Positions 19,052-30,400 of a DNA stretch of 64,000 nucleotides are shown piece by piece. The position numbers and the translations under genes were made by a program. The stretch's first letter is position 1. Each line of letters opens with the position of its first letter. The notes under the pieces are model-generated. The model did not search any database, was not told the origin of the DNA, and saw only the letters and a program-made list of their open reading frames with translations. The stretch comes from Eubacteriales bacterium (lineage in GTDB: Bacteria; Bacillota; Clostridia; Oscillospirales; CAG-272). The DNA lies in NCBI GenBank assembly GCA_045634385.1, contig JAZRAE010000029.1, forward strand, positions 5,704 to 69,703, given 5' to 3'.

Positions 19052-20129
19052 ACTAACAATTGCAAGAGAAAAAATAAACGAGATCGACAATGAGATGCGT
19101 AAGCTTTTTATTCAAAGGCTCGAGGCATCCGAATTAGTCGCAGAATACAAAAAGGAGAACGGCCTTGAAATCCTCGATCCAATAAGAGAGGCTGAGGTTA
19201 TAAGACGCAATTCTGAGGCTGTGGAAAACAACGTATACAGAGAATACTACGTCAACTTTCAAAAGAATACAATGTCCTTGTCTCGTGCCTATCAAGCAAG
19301 ACTTTTAACGGGTATGAAGGTTGCTTATTCGGGTACTGAAGGAGCATACGCCCATCTTGCCTCGCTTAAGCTCTTTCCCACCGCGCAGGCTATTGGCTAC
19401 GGTAGCTTCGATGAGGCTTATTCGGCTGTTGAAAACGGAGAATGTGACGTTGCTGTACTCCCTATAGAAAACAGTTACAATGGTGATGTCGGTCAGGTGA
19501 GTGATTTGATGTTCTCCGGTCCCTTATACGTCAATACCGTAACAGAGCTTGCAATATCTCATGATCTGCTCGCGCCAAAAGGTACAAAAATCGAGGATAT
19601 AAAAACGGTAATTAGCCATCCGCAGGCTCTCGGTCAATGTCACGGGTTTATATTAAAAAACAAATATGCGGAAATGGAATTTGTTAATACAGCCTTGGCG
19701 GCAAAATATGTCAAGGAGCTGAACGATGGTAAATCTGCCGCTATAGCAAGTGCAGATGCAGCAGAGATATTTGGGCTTGAAGTTCTTGCAACAAATGTCA
19801 ATGAGTCACGAAGCAACACGACAAGATTTGCAGTATTTTCACGCTCAGAGAACAGGAACTCCATCACAGATAAGCGCGTACATACGATTCTTCTCTTCAC
19901 CGTACGCCATGAAGCCGGTGCACTTGCTAAAGCACTTGACGTTATTGCAAAATACGGCTTCAATATGGGCGCACTACGCTCTCGTCCTATGAAAGAACTC
20001 TTATGGCAGTATTACTTCTACGTTGAAACAGAAGGCAATCTTGATAGCGCAGAAGGCAAAAAAATGATGGAAGAGCTAAAACAATACTGCGACAGACTCA
20101 AAACCGTAGGTTCATACACAGTGATATAA
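19041..20129 (+). CDS. pheA: Bifunctional chorismate mutase / prephenate dehydratase
   Basis: N-terminal CM helix pattern (REKINEIDNEMRKLFIQRLE), PDT domain (VAYSGTEGAYAHLA, NTTRFAVFS), and a C-terminal ACT domain. Start taken at MKNKL, which has a GGAGA RBS. Confidence 0.9.
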   Translation: MKNKLTIAREKINEIDNEMRKLFIQRLEASELVAEYKKENGLEILDPIREAEVIRRNSEAVENNVYREYYVNFQKNTMSLSRAYQARLLTGMKVAYSGTEGAYAHLASLKLFPTAQAIGYGSFDEAYSAVENGECDVAVLPIENSYNGDVGQVSDLMFSGPLYVNTVTELAISHDLLAPKGTKIEDIKTVISHPQALGQCHGFILKNKYAEMEFVNTALAAKYVKELNDGKSAAIASADAAEIFGLEVLATNVNESRSNTTRFAVFSRSENRNSITDKRVHTILLFTVRHEAGALAKALDVIAKYGFNMGALRSRPMKELLWQYYFYVETEGNLDSAEGKKMMEELKQYCDRLKTVGSYTVI

Positions 20130-20193
20130 TCCTTAATGAACCTTGGATATCATAATCCAATACATCTAAATTCTAACGAATACGGAGTTTAAT

Positions 20194-21222
20194 ATGACTG
20201 TTTTAAATATGAATCTCGGTGAGAATTCCTATCCTATAAATATCGGTAAGGGGATTCTTGAAAGAGTAAGTGAATATTTTAATCTTGACAGAAAGGTGTT
20301 CATAATAACGGATTCCGGAGTACCGCGTAAATATGCGGAAAAGGTTGATAAATTATGCAAGAATTCAACCATTTTAACAGTTGCGGAAGGTGAAAGATCA
20401 AAGAGTATATCCACGCTCGAAAAAGTACTCACAGAAATGAGTAACGCCGAACTTGGAAGATCAGACTGTATAGTTGCAGTCGGTGGCGGAGTTGTCGGAG
20501 ACCTTGCGGGTTTTGCCGCCTCAATATATATGAGAGGCATTGATTTTTATAATATACCGACCACCTTGCTCTCTCAAGTCGATTCATCTATAGGCGGTAA
20601 GACAGCAATAAATCTTGGCGGAATAAAGAATATTGTCGGATCATTCAAGCAACCTAAAGCTGTTCTTATTGACCCGGATGTTCTTACCACATTGCCTAAA
20701 AGGCAGATGAGAAACGGTCTTTGCGAGGCGATTAAAATGGCTGCAACATGCAACGAAAAGCTATTTGAAAAGCTCGAGTTGCTTGATGAAGAAGACATAT
20801 ACAATAATATAGAAGAAATAATCGTCGAAGCACTCAAAATTAAGAAGGCTGTAGTCGAAGAGGATGAGCGTGAGTTAGGCTTGCGCAAAATACTGAACTT
20901 CGGTCACACACTTGGCCACGGAATAGAAGCTAACAAGGATCTGTTTGAACTCTATCACGGAGAGTGCGTTTCACTCGGCATGATACCGGTAAGCTTTGGC
21001 GATGCAAAAAACAGAATAGAGTCACTGCTTAAAAAAGTCGGACTTCCGACCGTCTACTCCGGAAATATAAATTCAGCACTCACCTTTGTTGCGCACGATA
21101 AAAAGTGTTCCTCGTACGTGTTATCCATCGTTGTGTGTGAAAAAATAGGAACTTGTAAAATTCACTCCTTAAGCGTAAATGATTTTAAAGATTTGGTTTT
21201 AAATCACTATAATTGTATATAA
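20194..21222 (+). CDS. aroB: 3-dehydroquinate synthase
   Basis: GGGVVGDLAGFAAS and PTTLLSQVDSSIGGKTAIN motifs. Confidence 0.92.
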   Translation: MTVLNMNLGENSYPINIGKGILERVSEYFNLDRKVFIITDSGVPRKYAEKVDKLCKNSTILTVAEGERSKSISTLEKVLTEMSNAELGRSDCIVAVGGGVVGDLAGFAASIYMRGIDFYNIPTTLLSQVDSSIGGKTAINLGGIKNIVGSFKQPKAVLIDPDVLTTLPKRQMRNGLCEAIKMAATCNEKLFEKLELLDEEDIYNNIEEIIVEALKIKKAVVEEDERELGLRKILNFGHTLGHGIEANKDLFELYHGECVSLGMIPVSFGDAKNRIESLLKKVGLPTVYSGNINSALTFVAHDKKCSSYVLSIVVCEKIGTCKIHSLSVNDFKDLVLNHYNCI

Positions 21223-21255
21223 TTATTTACAAATAATGTATTATAGAGGATATAT

Positions 21256-22347
21256 ATGAAAAATTCATTTGGAAATAACATTTCAATAACACTGTTCGGA
21301 GAAAGTCACGGAGAAATGATCGGCGCAGTGCTTGACGGTATCCCCTCAGGCGTGAAGATAGATAGAGAAGCGATAAAAAGAGAGATGAACAAAAGGCGTC
21401 CTCAGGGTGAAATATCGACCTCGCGCAAAGAAGAGGATGAAGTGAAAATCGTGAGCGGTGTAATGAATGACGTATCGGTAGGTACTCCAATCACATTACT
21501 TATTCAAAATGCAAATGTTATAAGCAAAGACTATTCTTCACTTATAGATATGCCGCGTCCGTCACACGCAGACTTTACTGCTTCGGTTAAATACAAAGGC
21601 TATCAGGACTACAGAGGCGGCGGACATTTCTCAGGCAGACTCACATCACCTATCGTTGCTGCGGGAGCCATAGTCGAAGAAATGCTGAAAGAAAAAGGAA
21701 TCCTCATAGGAACGCATATAAAAAAATTGCACGGAGTCTTGGACAGAGATTTCCAAGATTACAAAGAAGATATCATCTCACTTTCCGAAAAATCATTCCC
21801 CGTTCTTGATCAGACAAGTGAAGATAATATGTTAAACGAAATACTGAACGCCTCAAAAATGGGAGATAGCGTAGGCGGTATACTCGAGTGTGCCGTCGTC
21901 GGGCTCGAGTCAGGTATTGGCGAGCCCTGGTTTGACTCGCTCGAAGGTACGCTTTCGCATATACTTTTCTCCATTCCCGGTGTAAAGGGCGTTGAGTTTG
22001 GACTCGGATTTGGCTTTGCCGATAAATATGGCAGTGAAGCAAACGATCCATTCCGTACCGATGGTGAAAAAATATTCACTTCAACTAATCATAGCGGTGG
22101 CATAAACGGTGGTATTAGCAACGGTATGCCGATAATCTTCCGCGTGGCGATAAGACCTACTCCATCGATTTTCAAAGAGCAAGAAACCGTTAGTCTTTCA
22201 AAAATGGAAAACACCACACTGAAAATCAACGGTAGACACGATCCTGCCATAATTCACAGAGCAAGAGCAGTAGTTGATGCAGTCACCGCAATAGCTATAG
22301 CGGATGCTCTTGCAAGCTTACACGGTACATCCTACCTCGGAGGGTAA
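21256..22347 (+). CDS. aroC: Chorismate synthase
   Basis: N-terminal FGESHG motif and GGGHFSGR motif. 363 aa. Confidence 0.95.
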   Translation: MKNSFGNNISITLFGESHGEMIGAVLDGIPSGVKIDREAIKREMNKRRPQGEISTSRKEEDEVKIVSGVMNDVSVGTPITLLIQNANVISKDYSSLIDMPRPSHADFTASVKYKGYQDYRGGGHFSGRLTSPIVAAGAIVEEMLKEKGILIGTHIKKLHGVLDRDFQDYKEDIISLSEKSFPVLDQTSEDNMLNEILNASKMGDSVGGILECAVVGLESGIGEPWFDSLEGTLSHILFSIPGVKGVEFGLGFGFADKYGSEANDPFRTDGEKIFTSTNHSGGINGGISNGMPIIFRVAIRPTPSIFKEQETVSLSKMENTTLKINGRHDPAIIHRARAVVDAVTAIAIADALASLHGTSYLGG

Positions 22348-22348
22348 T

Positions 22349-23587
22349 ATGAAATACGGTCTTATAGGAGAGAAACTCAGCCACAGCTTCTCAAAGGAAG
22401 TTCATGCTATGCTCTCCGATTACGATTATGAGTTATGCGAGATAGCGATTGGTGACCTTGACACGTTTTTGCGTAATAAATGTTTTAAGGCTATAAACGT
22501 CACTATTCCCTACAAGGAAAAGGTTATCCCCTATCTTAGCTATATAAGTGACGAAGCAAGATTAATAGGCTCCGTAAATACGATAGTCAACCGTGACGGA
22601 AAGCTTTACGGATATAATACAGACTTTCTCGGTATGGTAGCATTGATAAACAAAATGCGCCTTTCTCTTGCGGGTAAAAAAACAGTGATACTCGGTACGG
22701 GCGGAACATCAAAAACCGCATCGGCAGTTGCAAAAAGTCTCGGTGCAAATCCGATACTAACCGTAAGCCGCACGAAAAAAGAAAATTCTATTGACTATAA
22801 CGAGCTGGTAGAAAAACATCACGATGCAGAAATTATAATCAATACAACTCCCGTTGGTATGTACCCAGATAATTTCTCTGCTCCAATCGATATTTCCCCC
22901 TTCAAAAAACTTGAGGGTGTTATCGATACTATATACAACCCGATAAGAACGCGTCTTGTTATAGATGCACTTGAGAGAGGAATCAAGGCAGAGGGCGGAC
23001 TTTACATGCTCGTCGCCCAGGCTGTATATGCATCCGAGATATTTTTAGGTAAAAGCTATACAACGGAAAAGCTTAATAAAATCTTCAAAAGAATAAGACG
23101 CAAAAAAGAAAATATAGTACTCATCGGAATGCCAGCATCGGGTAAAACAACGGTTGCTAATCTAATTGCAAATGAACTGAGACGAAATATGTTAGATACC
23201 GATCAAATGATAATGTCAGAACGCAAGAGAAGCATCTCGGAAATCTTTGAATCCGAGGGCGAAGCTGTATTTAGAGAATATGAAGCAGAAGAAATTATGA
23301 AAGTCAGTTTAAAGAATAATACAGTAATCGCAACCGGTGGCGGCGCGATACTCAAGAGGGATAACGTTCGTATTCTAAAGCAAAACGGAGTTCTCTTCTT
23401 TATCGACAGACCATATGAAAAGCTTGTGCCAACCATTGACAGGCCCCTGTCGTCAAGCGTCGACGCTATCAAGAAAAGATACGACGAGCGCTATAATATA
23501 TATTTAAACTCTGCAGACGTAATTATTGATGCAGACGATACACCGATAAATATTGCAAAAAAAATTATGGGAGCGTTTTACAAATGA
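22349..23587 (+). CDS. aroE/aroK: Fused shikimate dehydrogenase / shikimate kinase
   Basis: The N-terminal half has the GLIGEKLSHSFS and GTGGTSK (AroE) motifs. The C-terminal half has Walker A GMPASGKTT and GGG (AroK). Start at MKYGL with a GGAGGG RBS. Confidence 0.9.
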   Translation: MKYGLIGEKLSHSFSKEVHAMLSDYDYELCEIAIGDLDTFLRNKCFKAINVTIPYKEKVIPYLSYISDEARLIGSVNTIVNRDGKLYGYNTDFLGMVALINKMRLSLAGKKTVILGTGGTSKTASAVAKSLGANPILTVSRTKKENSIDYNELVEKHHDAEIIINTTPVGMYPDNFSAPIDISPFKKLEGVIDTIYNPIRTRLVIDALERGIKAEGGLYMLVAQAVYASEIFLGKSYTTEKLNKIFKRIRRKKENIVLIGMPASGKTTVANLIANELRRNMLDTDQMIMSERKRSISEIFESEGEAVFREYEAEEIMKVSLKNNTVIATGGGAILKRDNVRILKQNGVLFFIDRPYEKLVPTIDRPLSSSVDAIKKRYDERYNIYLNSADVIIDADDTPINIAKKIMGAFYK

Positions 23588-24018
23588 CAAAGCTATATTA
23601 CGTCCTCAACGGTCCGAATATAAATATGCTCGGTATACGAGAGCCGGAGCATTACGGCAAAGATGACTACAAAGCACTCGTAACGTCGGTCAAAGAGACC
23701 GCGAAGAAGCTTGGCGTTAAGGTCAAAATTTATCAATCAAATCACGAAGGTGATCTCGTAGATAAAATACAAGAAGCATACTTTAAGGGTGCCGCGGGTA
23801 TCGTAATCAATCCCGGAGCATACACACACACGAGCATTGCTCTTCTCGATGCGGTAAAGTCTACCAAACTGCCAACCATAGAAGTACACATCTCAAAGGT
23901 TGAAGATCGTGAAGAATTCAGGCAGGTCAGCTACGTCGGCCTTGCAGCCGAGAAGAGAATAACCGGTCGCGGCATCCAAGGATATAGTGAAGCTCTTGAA
24001 TATCTTTATAATAATTAA
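23584..24018 (+). CDS. aroQ: Type II 3-dehydroquinate dehydratase
   Basis: LNGPNINMLGIREPEHYG and INPGAYTHTSIAL motifs. 144 aa. Confidence 0.95.
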   Translation: MTKLYYVLNGPNINMLGIREPEHYGKDDYKALVTSVKETAKKLGVKVKIYQSNHEGDLVDKIQEAYFKGAAGIVINPGAYTHTSIALLDAVKSTKLPTIEVHISKVEDREEFRQVSYVGLAAEKRITGRGIQGYSEALEYLYNN

Positions 24019-24087
24019 CTTCGATTTTTGACAATAATTATTTACATATAAAGCATATTCGCCCACTTTAAGACAAGGAAAACAACA

Positions 24088-25305
24088 ATGAATGTAAAAA
24101 TACACAAGGGTAAATCGCAAGGTTCTGTCAAAGCTCCTCCTTCAAAATCAATGGCCCACAGAATGCTTATCTCAGCGGCATTGGCCGAAGGAGAGAGTAC
24201 CATATCGGGGATATCCGAATGTGAAGACGTTTTGGCAACTATCAAATGTTTAAAAGCACTTGGTGCACAGATAGTACAAAAAGGGGATGTTGTTACGGTT
24301 AGCGGAGTAAATATGAAAACCGCCTCCCCACGTTCCGCATTAGATTGCAATGAAAGCGGCAGTACATTAAGATTTCTATTACCTATTGCGCTTCTATCCG
24401 GAAAAAACACACTCTTTATCGGTGCAAACGGTCTGATGCGAAGACCTATGCACGTATACGAGCAACTTTGCAAACAGAAAAAACTCTCTTACAACTCTGA
24501 TGGTGAAAGCATTGTCGTTCGCGGTCCAATTGCCGCAGGAGAATACGAAGTAGTAGGAAATGTGAGCAGCCAGTTTATCAGTGGCCTAATCTTTGCCCTG
24601 CCCTTACTTCCGACTGACAGTAAAATTAAAATTATTCCTCCAATAGAAAGCAAATCCTATATTGATCTCACTATAGAAGCACTCGCGCTATTTGGTGTTA
24701 GCATTAGATGGGTGGATGAAACAACACTATTTATCAAAGGAGGACAAAAATACCTGCCTTCAAACCTCAATGTCGAAGGAGATTATTCGGGTGCGGCGTT
24801 TATAGACGCGCTGAATTTATTTGGATCAAATGTAACTGTTACAAGTCTTAATCCAAATAGCACTCAAGGTGATAAGGTATATAAGACGCTCTTTGATATG
24901 ATTAAGAAAGGCGTTCCAACCATACATATCGGTAACTGCCCCGATCTTGGTCCTATCCTTTTTGCAGCGGCCGCAGCAAAACATGGTGCGGTCTTTACAG
25001 GTACTAAAAGGCTCAAGATCAAAGAAAGCGACAGAGCAGCCGCAATGGCGGAAGAATTATCAAAATTCGGCGTATCGGTTACCGTATACGATGATAAGGT
25101 TGTGGTCTATCCCGCAACATTCCACGCACCGACCGAGTCGCTCTCGGGACATAACGATCACAGAATAGTAATGGCTTTGTCAATTTTATTGACACTCACG
25201 GGCGGCGAAATCACGGGTGCTGATGCAATAAACAAGAGCTATCCTTCATTTTTCGAGGATCTTAGAGCGCTCGGTGTTGAGGTAGAAGAATATGAACCTA
25301 ACTAA
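24088..25305 (+). CDS. aroA: 3-phosphoshikimate 1-carboxyvinyltransferase (EPSP synthase)
   Basis: PPSKSMAHR, NESGSTLRFLLP and DHRIVMA motifs. Confidence 0.93.
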   Translation: MNVKIHKGKSQGSVKAPPSKSMAHRMLISAALAEGESTISGISECEDVLATIKCLKALGAQIVQKGDVVTVSGVNMKTASPRSALDCNESGSTLRFLLPIALLSGKNTLFIGANGLMRRPMHVYEQLCKQKKLSYNSDGESIVVRGPIAAGEYEVVGNVSSQFISGLIFALPLLPTDSKIKIIPPIESKSYIDLTIEALALFGVSIRWVDETTLFIKGGQKYLPSNLNVEGDYSGAAFIDALNLFGSNVTVTSLNPNSTQGDKVYKTLFDMIKKGVPTIHIGNCPDLGPILFAAAAAKHGAVFTGTKRLKIKESDRAAAMAEELSKFGVSVTVYDDKVVVYPATFHAPTESLSGHNDHRIVMALSILLTLTGGEITGADAINKSYPSFFEDLRALGVEVEEYEPN

Positions 25306-26155
25306 AGATACAAAAATACTCATAATAGGTCTCGGTGTAATAGGCGGTGGATATGCAGCTGCACTTACCGAAAAGGGGTATTCGGTAGGATGTATAACCA
25401 AGGAGCAGAAGGATATTGATTATGCTCTTGAAAGAAATATGATCAAATTTGGCACAACAAAGGTTGATCCCTCGATTATTCAAGCGGCAGATCTTATCAT
25501 TTTTGCACTTTACCCGACTGTTTTTATCGAATGGATAGGAAAATATCAGCATCTTTTTAAGCCAAACACTCTAATAACTGACGTATCCGGTGTAAAAAGT
25601 ACCGTTGTTGACAAAATACAAAGTATGTTGCGTGACGACGTAGAATTTATATCTGCTCATCCGATGGCAGGACGTGAAAGAAGCGGTGTGGAATTCTCCG
25701 ATCCTGAAGTTTTCAAAGGTGCAAACTATATTGTTACCCCAACAGAAAAAAACACCGATGTAGCCATCTCCGTATGTAAGCAACTCGGTGAGATACTTGG
25801 GTTTGCAAGAATAAGCACCTTATCTCCCGAGGAACACGATGAAATGATAGCCTTTCTCTCTCAGCTTACGCACTGTATCGCGGTTGCTCTTATGACCTGC
25901 AACGAAGCCGAAGGACTTGAAAAATATACAGGTGACTCTTTCCGTGATCTGACAAGAATAGCTAAGATAAACGATGCGATGTGGAGTGAACTGTTCTTGA
26001 TGAATAAGAATGCTTTGATTAAGGAGATGGATGCGTTTATAAGCGAGGTTGATAAAATGAAGGAAATGATTATTTCCGGAGATCGAGAAGCCTTGCGTGA
26101 AATGATGCGAAGATCTACAAGCAGACGTTCTCTCTTTGACAAACCTACGAAATAA
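25292..26155 (+). CDS. tyrA: Prephenate dehydrogenase
   Basis: Rossmann motif IIGLGVIGGG and the HPMAGRERSG motif. Confidence 0.9.
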   Translation: MNLTKDTKILIIGLGVIGGGYAAALTEKGYSVGCITKEQKDIDYALERNMIKFGTTKVDPSIIQAADLIIFALYPTVFIEWIGKYQHLFKPNTLITDVSGVKSTVVDKIQSMLRDDVEFISAHPMAGRERSGVEFSDPEVFKGANYIVTPTEKNTDVAISVCKQLGEILGFARISTLSPEEHDEMIAFLSQLTHCIAVALMTCNEAEGLEKYTGDSFRDLTRIAKINDAMWSELFLMNKNALIKEMDAFISEVDKMKEMIISGDREALREMMRRSTSRRSLFDKPTK

Positions 26156-26215
26156 TACCGAAAAATGTAATAAAACAAAGAATTTTACACATGATAAACC
26201 AAAAGGACGGTAAAT

Positions 26216-27253
26216 ATGGAAAAGAATTTAACCTTCTACAGAAAGTTGCCAATCCCTAAGGAAATTAAAGCCGAGTTTCCTATTTCCAAGGAGCTCGCAG
26301 ACTTAAGACAAAAGCAGCTCGACGAGATGAAAGATATATTTGAGGGCAGATCAAACAGATTGCTACTCGTTATAGGCCCCTGCTCTGCCGACGCAGAAAA
26401 ACCCGTGCTTGACTACATATCACGTTTAAGAACCGTGCAGGACAAGGTCAAGGATAAGGTTATGATCATACCGAGAGTATACACCAACAAGCCGAGAACC
26501 ACGGGTGAAGGCTACAAAGGTATGCTCCATCAGCCCGATCCCAACGCAGCGCCCGATCTTCTCAAGGGAATCGTTGCGATAAGACAGCTCCACCTCAAGA
26601 CTCTCTCAGAGACAGGATTCTGCCCCGCCGACGAAATGCTATACCCCGAGAACTACAGATATCTCTCAGATATACTCGGATACGTTGCCATTGGAGCTCG
26701 CTCATCCGAAAACCAACAGCATAGACTCGTATCAAGCGGTATCGACGTTCCCGTCGGTATGAAGAACCCAACGGGTGGTGACATCTCGGTTATGATGAAC
26801 TCCATCAAGGCAGCACAATCAAGCCATACCTTCCTCTACAGAGGCTGGGAGGTAGAAAGTAAGGGCAATCCCCTCTGTCACGCAATACTCCGTGGCTACG
26901 TGGACAAGCGCGGTCAGTCCCATCCTAACTATCACTTCGAGGACCTGTACTCTCTTTGGGAGACCTATCAGGCATCCGGTCTTCAGAATCCCGCGGTGAT
27001 CGTAGATACCAACCACGCAAATTCCGGAAAGAAATATCTCGAGCAACCGAGAATCGCAAAGGAAATACTCCACAGCGCGAGATACTCTCCCGAAGTTCGC
27101 TCCATAGTCAAGGGACTCATGATAGAGAGCTATATCGAGGACGGTGCGCAGAAGATTTCCGACTGTGAGATCTACGGCAAGTCGATTACCGACCCCTGTC
27201 TCGGGTGGGAAAAGACGGAAAAACTTATATACGATATCGCAGACGCACTTTAA
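26216..27253 (+). CDS. aroG: 3-deoxy-7-phosphoheptulonate (DAHP) synthase, class I
   Basis: IGPCSADAEK and NKPRTTGEGYKGML motifs. 345 aa. Confidence 0.9.
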   Translation: MEKNLTFYRKLPIPKEIKAEFPISKELADLRQKQLDEMKDIFEGRSNRLLLVIGPCSADAEKPVLDYISRLRTVQDKVKDKVMIIPRVYTNKPRTTGEGYKGMLHQPDPNAAPDLLKGIVAIRQLHLKTLSETGFCPADEMLYPENYRYLSDILGYVAIGARSSENQQHRLVSSGIDVPVGMKNPTGGDISVMMNSIKAAQSSHTFLYRGWEVESKGNPLCHAILRGYVDKRGQSHPNYHFEDLYSLWETYQASGLQNPAVIVDTNHANSGKKYLEQPRIAKEILHSARYSPEVRSIVKGLMIESYIEDGAQKISDCEIYGKSITDPCLGWEKTEKLIYDIADAL

Positions 27254-27260
27254 GATTAAC

Positions 27261-27304
27261 AAAGGAACAATGTCAGTTTTTTTGCTGTTTTGTTCCTTTT
27301 TTTG
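27261..27304 (+). terminator. Terminator of the aro supraoperon
   Basis: Arms aaaggaacaa (27261-27270) and ttgttccttt (27290-27299), followed by a T-run. Confidence 0.65.
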
Positions 27305-27398
27305 TTAGTGTGCGATCAATCGGTTAATTGACATATGTTGTATAAATGCTCATATAAAATGAATAAGTTGTAAATTATGAATTAAGTTGTGTACAACC

Positions 27399-27427
27399 TT
27401 GACTTTTTCATTTAAAAGTGTTAATAT
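27399..27427 (+). promoter_or_regulatory. Promoter of the thioredoxin-lipoprotein gene pair
   Basis: TTGACT (27399-27404), 17-nt spacer, TAATAT (27422-27427). AAGTTGT direct repeats and an imperfect palindrome overlap the -35. Confidence 0.5.
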
Positions 27428-27481
27428 ATATGATGGCTTAATTTAATCTAACGCGTATATTATTTTTAAAGGAGCAAATAT

Positions 27482-30400
27482 ATGAATTTCAGAAAACTGA
27501 TCTCGCTTCTCCTTTGTCTCATACTTACCATCAGCTGCGTGCTTCCGCTCGTTGCTTGTGGCGGCAAAGACAATGGCGATGATGACGAGAACGACACCCC
27601 CGGCGGCACTGTTGTCGGCGGAAATGGAAACGGCGGCAGCACAACCAATAGTGAAACCGAATATACCGTCAAGGTAGTTACTGTCGGCGGAATGCCTCTC
27701 GAGGGCGTTATGGTGTATATCCATAACGGTGACGGATATAGCATTTGTACCGCACCCCAGGAGACCGATGAAAACGGTACTGCTAAATTTACTCTTAAGA
27801 CGTCTAACGATTACTCCGTGCAAGTAGACGGCGCACCAAAGGGTTACAAAGTAAGAGAAGGTATGACTAAGGATGACAGATACACCCTTACCGCACCCGA
27901 TACCGTAATCACCCTTTCCTCTGCACCTATCACAACCGGAGGATTTGCAAACTCATACGAGCTCGGCGACGTTATGTACGATTTCACTCTCACTGACGTG
28001 AACGGTGAACAGTACAAGCTCTCTGATATGCTTAAGACCAAGGATATGGTTATGCTTAACTTCTGGTATGAGGGCTGTTCGAACTGTGCGTATGAGTTCC
28101 CCTATATCAACAACGTATACAAGAACTACAAGGATGATATCGAGATCCTTGCCATTAACGACTACTCAACAGATACAGTTGACAGTGTTAAGGGTTACAG
28201 CGACTATCTCGTAAACTATTGGGGTACTCTTGACCAGGGTGACGAGCTTGCGATGCCTCTGTTCAAGGTTGGTAATGAAGCAAGTGATCTCACTCTCTCC
28301 AAATTCCCCAGTGAGGGTTACCCCACAACCGTTATCATCGACAGATACGGCGTTATCTGTATGATCGAGGTCGGTGCAGTGCTTGGCGACTCCAAGTGGA
28401 AGAACGTGTTTGACTTCTTCGTGGGCGATGACTACAAGCAGACTCTCATCACCGACAACTCCATCCTCAATCCTCAGATCGAGCCCACCGTTAAGTGGGA
28501 TGATGACTCCGCAGAGGAGATTGCAAACGCATTCAACAGCGGTGACATCACGGTAACATACGGCCCTGAGACCAGTGAAAAGGATGCTAAGTATGCTTGG
28601 CCCTTCATCGTTGACACCTACAACGGTGAGACCGTAGTACGTCCCTCCAACACCGGTATTGATAATTCCTACGCTATTCTTTACGCAGAGGTTTCACTCA
28701 AGCCCGGTCAGGCAATTATCTTCGATTACTTCGCATCAACTCAGAATGACGATTACGGCACTGACGTGCTTTACATTCTCGTTGACGGCAAGGATATTTA
28801 TTCTATCGCAGGTGTGGGCGATAAGTACGAGACATGCTGTACTTACGTTGATCCCCGTAAGCCTACCGAGGCAAATAAGGACGAGGTTGCAACCTACACT
28901 GTAGCCTTTGCATTTTACAAGGACAATGTTGAGTCTGCAGGTGACGACACAGTTTATCTCAAAAATCTTCGTGTTGCTGATAAGGAAGACATTCCCGTTA
29001 AGACATATATCTTCCGTTATGCTGCAACAGATCTCAACGAGACAAAGGATGGCTTCAATTCTTACGTGAACGTTTACCTTGCTCCCGATGGATACTACAG
29101 AGTCGGTGATCCTTCGCTTGGTAATAACGCACCTCTTCTTCTTGCTAACCACTTAAGCTACACTCAGTTCGACGGTGAAAAGACCATTTCCGAGAGAGTA
29201 TACGAAAACTACGAGCTTATGGTTGGCGACAAGAATATGTTCAACAACTGGGTAACCTACGGCAATGCTGCGGCGAACTCCCAGATGTACTACTACACTC
29301 CCGTAACCGAGGAGCTCCGTACCATGCTCATGGCTTACTGCGAGACCTACAGACGTGTCGTTGGTAAGGCAGCAAGCGAGAACCTCTGGCTCCAGCTCTG
29401 CGTATACTACGATGCATACGGCGTTGACGAGAACGGCGATCCCGCAAAGCATCTCGAGGATCCCATCAAGGGTCTTACCGCATTCTCCGCATTTGACGTA
29501 GAGATCTCCAACGAGAATCCTACTACTCAGGGCGATATCGTAGCAAGCGCTGAGGTTACTTACAACAGAGTTATTATGCCTCGTGGTTACCTTTATAAGT
29601 TCGTTCCCACCGTATCCGGTGTATACCGTGTAACCTCTAAGAGTGATCAAGAGGTAAACGGCTGGATCTTCACAGGTACAAGTGAGGAGTGGGCTGAAAA
29701 CGAAGGTGACAGAACCATTCTCACAAGTGACGAGGTTGCTGAGCGTTACACTCCCGAGCTTCTCATCGGTCCCGATGAAAACGGCAAGTATCATATCGAT
29801 ACCACTAACGTTTCTCTCGTCGCATATATGGAAGCAGGCAAGGCGTACTACATCGACATCGCATACTACGACGTATACGGAGTAGGTACCTTCACCTTTG
29901 ATATAACATGGGTAGGCACAAGCTTCGGTCATTTCATCCAGGCATCCCCCGGACCTATCACCTATATTGAGTCCGCAGGCGGCGGTATGGGCCAGCTTAT
30001 AGCCGGCGGTATCGACGTCGACTTCAAGACTGTAGACGGCGTTGAATACGCATATCAAGTGCTTGAAAGAGATGCAAACGGTAATGTAACCAAGTGGGGC
30101 GAAAAGATCTACGCAGATTTCTTCTATCCCACAACACTCTTCCAGACACAGTCTATTGAAGCTCTTATTAAGGCAAACGCATTTAACTATACTATAACAG
30201 AACGCGACAGAGAGGCTCTCATACTTCTCGACAGCATCAAGCTTGACGGTAAGGCGGCACTTATCGAAAAGTGGATCGCAGAAGAGACTGTAGCTGACGA
30301 GGCTGCAGGTGAGGCTAAGTGGGTTGAGCTTAATCTCGACACAGTAGTTAAAGACGGATACGATGGAATATATGCCGACGGCTACAGCGTTGAGCAGATT

